NCBI GenBank assembly: GCA_963737065.1
Contig: CAVTRC010000002.1
Coordinates: forward strand, 64,001-128,000
Source of the DNA: Candidatus Eremiobacteria bacterium
GTDB lineage: Bacteria; Vulcanimicrobiota; Vulcanimicrobiia; Vulcanimicrobiales; Vulcanimicrobiaceae
Direction of reading: 5' to 3'
DNA length: 64,000 nucleotides
Shown: positions 46,616 to 54,250 of the stretch, piece by piece
How positions within the stretch are numbered: position 1 is the first letter of the stretch
How the letters are laid out: the number at the start of each line of letters is the position of its first letter
The notes under the pieces: generated by a model
What the model was told of the DNA's origin: nothing
Database searches by the model: none
The model's input: only the letters and a program-made list of their open reading frames with translations
Translations under genes and position numbers: made by a program

Positions 46616-46926
46616 CGTTTATTCTCCACGTGGGCTTTGAGACGCGCAAGACTGCGATCCCAGAAGTGCTTGTAGTCGTCGAGCCAGGCGTCCACGCATT
46701 TGAGCGGTTCCGGATTGAGTTCGCACATGCGCGCGGCTCCCTGCGGCGTGTCTTTTACGAGCTTCGCTTCACGCAAGATGCGTAAGTGTTTAGAGATTGC
46801 AGGACGGCTCGTGTGAAAATTCGCGGCCAAATCGCCGACGGTACAGGCGCCGTTTCGCAAGATGCCGAGGATCTCGCGGCGGGTCGGATCGGCGAGGGCC
46901 TTGAAGACAAGATGTGAGGTAACCAT
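46612..46926 (-). CDS. ArsR/SmtB family transcriptional regulator
   Basis: VFKALADPTRREIL, SRPAISKHLRILREA; start set at ATG 46926 from the promoter position. Confidence 0.9.
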   Translation of the reverse strand: MVTSHLVFKALADPTRREILGILRNGACTVGDLAANFHTSRPAISKHLRILREAKLVKDTPQGAARMCELNPEPLKCVDAWLDDYKHFWDRSLARLKAHVENKR

Positions 46927-46967
46927 TCGGTTACGCATATGGTAGCCGAATGGTTACGAATCGTCAA
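46919..46967 (-). promoter_or_regulatory. ArsR operon promoter with overlapping double operator
   Basis: TTGACG, 17 nt, TACCAT on the minus strand; GTAACCATTCGGTTAC (46919-46934) and GTAGCCGAATGGTTAC (46942-46957) form an inverted pair. Confidence 0.75.
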
Positions 46968-47113
46968 CCGGCTTGACCGGCAATTCTGTCTGTTTGCATA
47001 AGCGACGGACCGTCGTCTCGTCGTCGGTCGGGCAAGCTACGTTCGCGCTGCGCGTACAGACGCGCCAGGCCGACGCAGAACTCTCCGCACACGGGCGGAA
47101 CCCGCTTCAGGTC

Positions 47114-47488
47114 TTACTTTCGTTGATGGAGTCCGAAGTAATTTCCGTCAGGGTCTTGGCACCACTCGGAAAAACACGGGTCGCCCGTCCCGAACCGCTT
47201 GACGTAGGTTCCACCAAGTTCCACGACGCGTTTGCGCAGTGTTTCCGCATCCTCCACGCCGAACACGACCCCGCCCGTAGGAGTGAATTCTGTTGCTTCC
47301 GGGTCGCGTCCAATTGCAAGCGTATTCCCGTCGGGCAAATCGTACTCCACGTAAAAATCCTGGTACTCCACCGACGCTTTGAGGTTGAGAAGCGCCTCGT
47401 AGAACGTGCGCAATTTGTGCATATCGCGCGTTTGAACGATGACGAAATCGAAACCGCGCGTCAACGGTTCAGTGCTGGTTGTACTCAT
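47114..47488 (-). CDS. VOC/glyoxalase family protein
   Basis: FYEALL, V.F.VED, DPDGNYFGLHQ. Confidence 0.88.
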   Translation of the reverse strand: MSTTSTEPLTRGFDFVIVQTRDMHKLRTFYEALLNLKASVEYQDFYVEYDLPDGNTLAIGRDPEATEFTPTGGVVFGVEDAETLRKRVVELGGTYVKRFGTGDPCFSEWCQDPDGNYFGLHQRK

Positions 47489-47524
47489 ACCGTTATACTA
47501 ACCGACCAATCCTGACATTTACCG

Positions 47525-47869
47525 TCAGGATTGTCCCTTGCCTCCCATTCGCTCGACGATGACGTCGTAGACCGCCCGTTTTTCATCGAGCGGATCGACG
47601 ACCATTACCTGCGCACGATCGCCGTTCTTCGGATCGAGGCAGACGGTCACTTTGCCTTTCGCGCACACGTCCATGCAACTCGTCGAAATCACGCGAACCG
47701 GTCCCCATTCGCCATGCTCTTTTAGCGCTGCTTTGAGCCAGTTGCGTAGATTAAAATCGCCGATGCGTTCGGCGATGTCCGGATCTTCTTCAGGGATACG
47801 TTCTTTGAAACACCGCTCGCACACGAGCACGAGGCCGCTGCTGAGCCATTTCGGTTTGACGGGCTGCAT
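47525..47869 (-). CDS. Thioredoxin-like (2Fe-2S) ferredoxin domain protein
   Basis: VLVCERC...TSCMDVC Cys pattern. Confidence 0.6.
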   Translation of the reverse strand: MQPVKPKWLSSGLVLVCERCFKERIPEEDPDIAERIGDFNLRNWLKAALKEHGEWGPVRVISTSCMDVCAKGKVTVCLDPKNGDRAQVMVVDPLDEKRAVYDVIVERMGGKGQS

Positions 47870-47946
47870 GGGGCGCTCACACTTGCGGACTCGTTTCGCA
47901 TTCCCCTTTATCACCGCGCACGAACGGCGCATCGTAATGAAAGCGG

Positions 47947-48029
47947 AGCCGACGGCCGGATTCGAACCGGCGTGCTCTTTCGAGGCGCAATTACAAATCG
48001 CGTGCTTTCAACCGCTCAGCCACGTCGGC
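47947..48029 (-). tRNA. tRNA-Thr(UGU) with long variable arm
   Basis: GCCGACG/CGTCGGC acceptor, D-loop GG, anticodon arm CGCGA-TTTGTAA-TTGCG, 14-nt variable region with CTC-GAAA-GAG, GCCGG-TTCGAAT-CCGGC T arm, U73. Confidence 0.85.
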
Positions 48030-48329
48030 GTATGTACCCGTCTTGTGTCGGGACGTTCGGTTCAACGAGGTCGTCGAGGGTCCTTGGAACCGGCGACCGC
48101 GCTACGGCGCGCTGCGGCTTTTCGTCGGACATTCACCTTGTATGGGATTGTGTTTCCCGCCGAGCCGGTTGCCTCGACCTTGCCCTTGATTCAGCGCTCG
48201 GTATGTCGGAGTGAGCGAGTGGCGCAATCGCCATCGACGTGTTCCACTTCGAGGGGAATTCGCGCCGTCTTCGGGTGACGTTCACACCACCCGCAGCGAC
48301 GCAACGATGGGTTCTGCTACGGCTCACAT

Positions 48330-49109
48330 CTAAACCGAAGCCAAAAAACGATGCATCACATCTGCGAACGCGTCGAAATTGGTGCGGTGCAAGTTGTGCC
48401 CTTCGCCTTCGAAGGCTTTTATGTGGACGCTCGGGGAGTGATGTTGTTCAACGTATTCGATGACCGGCTCAGGGACGATCGAGCCTTCTCGTCCCGCCAT
48501 CGCGAGAAGAAGCGGCTTGCTATAGTGTGCGATATCGCCCCGCAGATCCCAAGCCGAAGCATCATTCTCATCGCGTAAGCGTTCGATCGGCCCCGTTGTC
48601 ATCGTGTGCACGGCATGGACCTTTCCCTCAACGTCGTCGGGATGCCAATCGGCGTACTCTGCGCGCGTCGCGCTATCGCGCGCGTCGCCCGTGTCCGCGA
48701 AGCTTTCGGCGAGTTCCGAGACGTACTCGTCGTACCACGCGCGATCGACTTGAACGATCATCGGATCGACCGCAACGACGCCGCGCACATCGAGCACCTC
48801 GCCGGCGCGGATAACGACCGCGCCGCCCCACGAATGACCCACGAGAACATCTACGCCGCCGACCGCAGATGCGACATTCAAGCAGTCTTGCACGCCACGC
48901 TGCAGCGTCATCGGGCCGGCAATATCCGCGCTGTCGCCGTGACCGCGCTGATCGTAGGCAACAACTCGATAGCGATCGCTGAAGCGTTGCGCGAGACGAA
49001 GCCAGGAGAGGCGGGAGCTCGTCATGCCGTGCACGCACAACATGACGGGTCCCGACGATCCCCATCGTTCGACGGTTGTAGTCGCGCAGTCGTCGAGCGT
49101 GACGATCAT
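48330..49109 (-). CDS. Alpha/beta hydrolase
   Basis: HG oxyanion motif, DQRGHGDS, GHSWGG nucleophile elbow, C-terminal GH. Confidence 0.9.
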   Translation of the reverse strand: MIVTLDDCATTTVERWGSSGPVMLCVHGMTSSRLSWLRLAQRFSDRYRVVAYDQRGHGDSADIAGPMTLQRGVQDCLNVASAVGGVDVLVGHSWGGAVVIRAGEVLDVRGVVAVDPMIVQVDRAWYDEYVSELAESFADTGDARDSATRAEYADWHPDDVEGKVHAVHTMTTGPIERLRDENDASAWDLRGDIAHYSKPLLLAMAGREGSIVPEPVIEYVEQHHSPSVHIKAFEGEGHNLHRTNFDAFADVMHRFLASV

Positions 49110-49112
49110 GTG

Positions 49113-50696
49113 TCAGGTTTTGAGCATTTCACGTGCGGCATTCCATCCGGGAGCGCCCATCACGCCGCCGCCCGGATGCGCGGCCGAACCACACATGTAG
49201 AGATTTTTGATCGGGGTCTTGTAGTTCGCGTAACCGGGAACCGGACGGAACATATAGAGATTATGAAACGGCATCGTTCCCTGGAAAATATTCCCACCGG
49301 TGAGGCCGAACTTTTCCTCGATGTCGACCGGCGTTAGAATCTGCCGGTCGATCACCGAGTCCTTGAATCCGGGCGCGTGTTGTTCGATGATGTCGAAGCA
49401 GCGGTCGGCGAAACGGTCTCGCATCTCTTGCGTCCACGCTCCGCTCTTTGGTCTATACGGCGCGTACTGCACGAACATCGACATCAAATGTTTGCCCGCC
49501 GGCGCAACCGTCGAATCGAGCGACGACGGCATGCAACATTCGACGACCGGATCGCGCGACGGTTCGCCGTACTTGGCATCGTCGTACGCGCGTTCGATGA
49601 AGTCCTGATCCGGAACAAAATGCACCGTGCCGTGATGTTGCGGCCCCGGTTCGTGTCCCGGCATCGCGGTGAAGCTCGGCAAACGTTCGATTGCGACGTT
49701 TATTTTTACCGACGCACTGTCGTATGTAATGCGTGATACGGCGGCGCGGAATTCCGGGGGAAGTATGTTCGGATCGAGGAACCTCTCAAATGTCAGGTGC
49801 ATGTCGACGCCGCTCGCGATTTTCTTCGCATGAAACTCATCGCCGCTTGTCAGCGCGACGCCGCTCACGGTGCCGTTCTTCGTGAGAATCTTCGCAACTT
49901 CGGCTTGGGTACGTATCTCGACGCCGAGATCTTTGGCGGCGCGCGCAAGCGCTTGCGTCAAGCCGCCCATGCCGCCGCGCATGTAGGCCCACACGCCTTT
50001 CTTCCCGTTCGTTTCGCCCATAACGTGATGAAAGAGCACGTACGCGGTTCCGGGCATCGACGGCGCCATGAACGCGCCGATGATCGCGTCCGTCGCAATC
50101 GTTCCTTTCAATTCTTCGCTTTCGAACCACCGGTCGAGAATCGGGCGCGCCGCGCCGGTCAGCATCTCAACGGCTTCTTGCATATCCGGGCCGAGTTTTT
50201 GCATACCGCGTCCGAGCTTACCCATCGAGAAGACGTCCCCAAGGCCCGGATGCAATACGTTCGGCGGAATCTGCGTCAACGTCGGTTCGATGATCGAAGC
50301 GACCCGTTCGAGCATCGCTTCGTACTTCGGATACGACTCCGCATCCCGTTTGCTAAACTTCGCGATTTCGGCGAGATCGCTCTGCCGGTCGCGCCCAAGC
50401 ATCAGGTACCGGCCATCGAGAAACGGCGTAAACGAGGCGGGATTCCGTTCGATCGCTTCAAATCCGTACGCCTTGAGATTCAGGTCGCGGACGATCTCCG
50501 GACGGAACAAGCTGTTCACGTATGCGGCGGTCGAGACGTTGTACCCGGGAAACGTTTCTTCGGTCACACACGCGCCGCCGACGACGTACCGGCGTTCGAG
50601 GACGAGCACTTTCCACTTCGCGCGCGCGAGATAACACGCCGTGACGAGTCCGTTGTGTCCTCCGCCGATGATGATGGCGTCATAGGTCGTGGGCAT
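49113..50696 (-). CDS. Phytoene desaturase-family FAD-dependent oxidoreductase
   Basis: GGGHNGL dinucleotide motif, GGMG, GGNIF, GSAAHPGGGVMGAPG. Confidence 0.88.
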   Translation of the reverse strand: MPTTYDAIIIGGGHNGLVTACYLARAKWKVLVLERRYVVGGACVTEETFPGYNVSTAAYVNSLFRPEIVRDLNLKAYGFEAIERNPASFTPFLDGRYLMLGRDRQSDLAEIAKFSKRDAESYPKYEAMLERVASIIEPTLTQIPPNVLHPGLGDVFSMGKLGRGMQKLGPDMQEAVEMLTGAARPILDRWFESEELKGTIATDAIIGAFMAPSMPGTAYVLFHHVMGETNGKKGVWAYMRGGMGGLTQALARAAKDLGVEIRTQAEVAKILTKNGTVSGVALTSGDEFHAKKIASGVDMHLTFERFLDPNILPPEFRAAVSRITYDSASVKINVAIERLPSFTAMPGHEPGPQHHGTVHFVPDQDFIERAYDDAKYGEPSRDPVVECCMPSSLDSTVAPAGKHLMSMFVQYAPYRPKSGAWTQEMRDRFADRCFDIIEQHAPGFKDSVIDRQILTPVDIEEKFGLTGGNIFQGTMPFHNLYMFRPVPGYANYKTPIKNLYMCGSAAHPGGGVMGAPGWNAAREMLKT

Positions 50697-50730
50697 CTTA
50701 CGATGGGCCTTTCTATCGGTGTGCGTTCGG

Positions 50731-51897
50731 TTAAACCATGTATGTCTTCGGCGGTTCCGTCAACGACAAGATCGGACGCGAAAGCGCGAATGCGCTGATA
50801 TCACTCGGCGTCCCGCCGTCGAGCGCAAGTTCGGTCAGAATGCGTCCGATGACCGAAGCGAACTTGAACGCGTGACCCGCGCCGATCGCCACATGAACGC
50901 TCGGCGTGCCGGGGATGGTGTCGATCACGAAGTCACGGTCCGGCGTCAACGTGTAGAGACATGTTTTTATCAGGTGCAGCGGCGCATCGAGCTCCGGTAA
51001 ATGCGCGTGCAAAAACCGCCGTACGCGCGCCGTAATTTCGCCGTCTTCGTCGAAGCCGCGCGTATCGGGGTCGACCGCTTTGCCACCCGCATCTTGCGTC
51101 ACCTTCACCGCACCCGATTCACCGAAGACCGGGAATCCATAAAACGAGGGATCATCCATCCAAATCCAAACGGGAAAATGCCCGAAGGCAAACCGCGCCG
51201 CATCGGGCGGACGAAAATACATCGCTTGTTCTTTCGTGATCTCGAGCGGAAGTCGAACGCCCGCATCGCTCAAGATCGCGTTCGTCCACGGGCCAGCACA
51301 CACAATAAGCTGCGACGTCCGATAGACCGCGTCGGGTGTGCGGACTCGAATATCACGGCCGCCAAGATCGACGCGCTGCACGTGCGTGTTGGCTCGCAGC
51401 GTTGCACCATGCGACTTCGCCATTCGCTGATGCGCTGCGGTGGCACGTTCCGCCGCGACGATTCCGCCGTCCGCTTGGAAGAGGCCACAGACGTCGTCGT
51501 CAATATGAAACGGCGGAAAGCGCCGGCGGATCTCCGACGCCTCCAGCGTCTCGAACTCGACGCCGCTTGCGCGCATCGCGTTCGCATAACCGTCGAGCGG
51601 AATCGCACCGCCGCGCGGCCCGAGATCGAGGCCACCCGTCTTATACACGACACGCTCGGCGCAATCGAGCTGCAGCATCGCCCATGATTCGTACGCGCGC
51701 TTCGCGAGTTCGACGTAGTTCGGCGCATGATATGAAAGACGGATGATGCGCGAATGATCGTGCGACTCACCGCGCGGGTGGCCGAGCTCAAATTGTTCCA
51801 GTCCGAGGACGTGTGCTCCACGCCGCGCCAGCCAATATGCCGCGCCGCTGCCGATCCCGCCGAGTCCGAGCACGATCGCATCGTAGCGTTCGCTCAC
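50731..51897 (-). CDS. solA: Monomeric sarcosine oxidase / N-methyltryptophan oxidase family flavoprotein
   Basis: GLGGIG, SHDHSRIIR, CLYTLTPDRDFVID (covalent FAD Cys), GHAFKFA. Confidence 0.85.
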   Translation of the reverse strand: MSERYDAIVLGLGGIGSGAAYWLARRGAHVLGLEQFELGHPRGESHDHSRIIRLSYHAPNYVELAKRAYESWAMLQLDCAERVVYKTGGLDLGPRGGAIPLDGYANAMRASGVEFETLEASEIRRRFPPFHIDDDVCGLFQADGGIVAAERATAAHQRMAKSHGATLRANTHVQRVDLGGRDIRVRTPDAVYRTSQLIVCAGPWTNAILSDAGVRLPLEITKEQAMYFRPPDAARFAFGHFPVWIWMDDPSFYGFPVFGESGAVKVTQDAGGKAVDPDTRGFDEDGEITARVRRFLHAHLPELDAPLHLIKTCLYTLTPDRDFVIDTIPGTPSVHVAIGAGHAFKFASVIGRILTELALDGGTPSDISAFALSRPILSLTEPPKTYMV

Positions 51898-53009
51898 GAT
51901 GGATCCTCGAGCAATGCGTCCTCACCGAGATGCGTCGCGATATAACGCCGGATGTCGAGGCTGGCATCTTCCATCGGCGCGTAGAAGCCGTGACGAAAAT
52001 AGCGCGACCGCATACCGGCTTGCACCGATTCGCAGATACGCCAATCTTGTCTGTTAACCACGTCCCAGAATTCGACCGCATCGCTGGGGTCGAACGACGG
52101 CGACGCCGTTGCGTCAGGATGAAAGAGAAACGTACAGATGACCCGGGTGCGATCGACATCGAGCGGTTGCAGGTCGAAGGCGGCAACGTGATCGGCGCTG
52201 AGACTCAACAGCAAGTTCGGATAGATCAGTTCGCCCTTGTGACGCGTGCGCTCGTCTTCATCGAGTCCCGCAAACGGTGCGCGCGTCGTGGTGCCCGAGA
52301 ACGTGAAGGTCGTAGCGCCGCTGCGGTGCGGAATGCCGCGATCCCAGTCGAGGTTTGCGCCGCCGTGGTCTTTGAACGCCGGTACGACACGGCACAGCTC
52401 GGGATGGACGCCCGCGCAATGATAGCACTCGTTGTAATTTTCGAGCAGCACTTTCCAGTTCGCGCGCACCTCGTACTCGCGCGTAGCGGCCGTGCGCAGT
52501 TGGGCAAGCGGATAGCGCGAGAGGCGTTTCGGGATTGGCCCGAGCGCTTCGGCAAGCGTTTCACCGTGGGGCGGCAAGTGAACGAACACGAAGCCGCCCC
52601 ATTCGTCGACGCCGGTGCTCACGAGATGGCGCGACTCTTGCGCGAGGGATTCCATGTCGACGAACGGCGCACTGATCAGCCGTCCGTCGAGCGCATACGC
52701 CCATGCATGATACGGACATCGAATCGCACCTCGGGTCGATCCGTTGCCGCACAACAGCCGGCTGCCGCGATGTTTGCAGAGATTGATGTGAGCGTGCAAG
52801 CGTCCGTCATCACCGCGTACGAGAATGACGCTCTCGCCGCCGACGTCCACGACGCGGAAATCTCCCGCAGCGGCAAGTGTTTCAGAGCGCCCGGTGTACA
52901 CCCATTGTGTGCCGAAAACCGAGCGTTGCTCGCGCGCGAAGTACGCCGTATCCCAATATGCACGGCGGGGAAGTGAAGGCTCGAGGCTGCTAAAGGTCCC
53001 GCCGCCCAT
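51894..53009 (-). CDS. Rieske non-heme iron oxygenase alpha subunit (GbcA/betaine demethylase-like)
   Basis: CKH...CPYH Rieske ligands, NWK..ENYNECYHC..VH, QD; GGAGG RBS before ATG 53009. Confidence 0.9.
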   Translation of the reverse strand: MGGGTFSSLEPSLPRRAYWDTAYFAREQRSVFGTQWVYTGRSETLAAAGDFRVVDVGGESVILVRGDDGRLHAHINLCKHRGSRLLCGNGSTRGAIRCPYHAWAYALDGRLISAPFVDMESLAQESRHLVSTGVDEWGGFVFVHLPPHGETLAEALGPIPKRLSRYPLAQLRTAATREYEVRANWKVLLENYNECYHCAGVHPELCRVVPAFKDHGGANLDWDRGIPHRSGATTFTFSGTTTRAPFAGLDEDERTRHKGELIYPNLLLSLSADHVAAFDLQPLDVDRTRVICTFLFHPDATASPSFDPSDAVEFWDVVNRQDWRICESVQAGMRSRYFRHGFYAPMEDASLDIRRYIATHLGEDALLEDPS

Positions 53010-53143
53010 AGATACCTCCCTCGGAACGTTCGACAAGCACGGTTTGCTGCCGAATGCTGTTCGGTGAAATTGGATTACGAGCCGAAGGATAGGGCTCCTG
53101 CTACGCCAAATTCCGAACGTTATTCGGCCAGAAGAGGTGGCGC

Positions 53144-54250
53144 ATGACCACGTTCGCAAGACCCAATGCCGCGGGTCAGAAAACGCTCGAACCGCACTCG
53201 TACCGGTCGCCAGACGTGTTCGATCTCGAACGCGAGCGCATCTTCGCGCGCGAGTGGATCTGCGTCGGTCGAACCGAGCAACTGCAACGCGCCGGCGATT
53301 TCTTTCTCGCCGAGGTCGCGCGCGAAAGTTTGATCGTCGTGAGAGATGCCGACGAGCAGGTGCGCGCGTTCTTCAACGTGTGCCGTCATCGCGGTACGCG
53401 GATGTGCGAGACGCAGAGCGGGCATTTCACCGGTTCGATTCAGTGTCCGTATCATGCCTGGACGTATGCGCTCAACGGCCGCTTGAAAGTGGCCCGTAAT
53501 ATGGCAGATGTGGACGGGTTCTCCATCGATGACTATCCGCTCCACGAAGCGCGCTCGGCGACGTGGGAAGGGTTCATCTTCGTTTGCCTTTCGCCTGACG
53601 CGCCGCAGTTCGAGAGCGTATTTGCGCCAATTCTCCATCGCTTCCGCGACTGGCATATCAGCAATCTGCGCACGGCGCGCACGATTCACTACGACTTACG
53701 ATGCAATTGGAAGCTGATTTTTCAAAACTATTCCGAGTGCTATCACTGTCCGCTCGTGCATCCGCAGCTCGATAAGCTCTCGCCGTCGGACTCCGGCCGT
53801 AACGATTTAGCGGAAGGACCGTTTCTCGGCGGATATTCCGAGCTGCGCAATCACGGTGCGAGTCTTACGACGACCGGCGCAACAACGCGTCCGCCGGTCG
53901 GTGAAGTGCACGGCGCGGATATCGATCGCGTGTATTACTACGCGATCTTTCCGTCGATGTTGCTCAGCTTGCATAAGGACTACGTCATGGTGCATTACGC
54001 GAATCCCGTGGCCGCGGATCGCACGGTCGTCGACTGCGCGTGGCTGTTCGATCCCCAGACGATGTCGCGACCGGACTTCGATCCGAGCGATGCGGTCGAT
54101 TTCTGGGACGTTACCAACCGGCAAGACTGGCACGTGAACGAGCTCACGCAGAAGGGCATTGAATCTCGTGCGTGTACGCCCGGAATGTACGCAAATGCGG
54201 AGGGGCTGCTGGCGGCGTTCGACCGTCACTACGTGAGTACGATGTCTTGA
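53144..54250 (+). CDS. Rieske non-heme iron oxygenase alpha subunit (paralog)
   Basis: CRH...CPYH, NWK..NYSECYHC..VHP, FWDVTNRQD. Confidence 0.9.
   Translation: MTTFARPNAAGQKTLEPHSYRSPDVFDLERERIFAREWICVGRTEQLQRAGDFFLAEVARESLIVVRDADEQVRAFFNVCRHRGTRMCETQSGHFTGSIQCPYHAWTYALNGRLKVARNMADVDGFSIDDYPLHEARSATWEGFIFVCLSPDAPQFESVFAPILHRFRDWHISNLRTARTIHYDLRCNWKLIFQNYSECYHCPLVHPQLDKLSPSDSGRNDLAEGPFLGGYSELRNHGASLTTTGATTRPPVGEVHGADIDRVYYYAIFPSMLLSLHKDYVMVHYANPVAADRTVVDCAWLFDPQTMSRPDFDPSDAVDFWDVTNRQDWHVNELTQKGIESRACTPGMYANAEGLLAAFDRHYVSTMS

Noticed and set aside
47947..48029. Calling this tRNA-Tyr because GTA is in the loop
   Set aside because: A GUA-centred 7-nt loop breaks the anticodon stem; only the UGU register pairs, and the discriminator is U, not A
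48035..48325. Possible decayed gene between the tRNA and the hydrolase
   Set aside because: Short protein-like stretches in different frames, but no recognisable motif or start
53050..53127. LexA (Cheo) boxes
   Set aside because: The spacing between CGAA and TTCG is 5 nt rather than 6, and the context is not DNA repair
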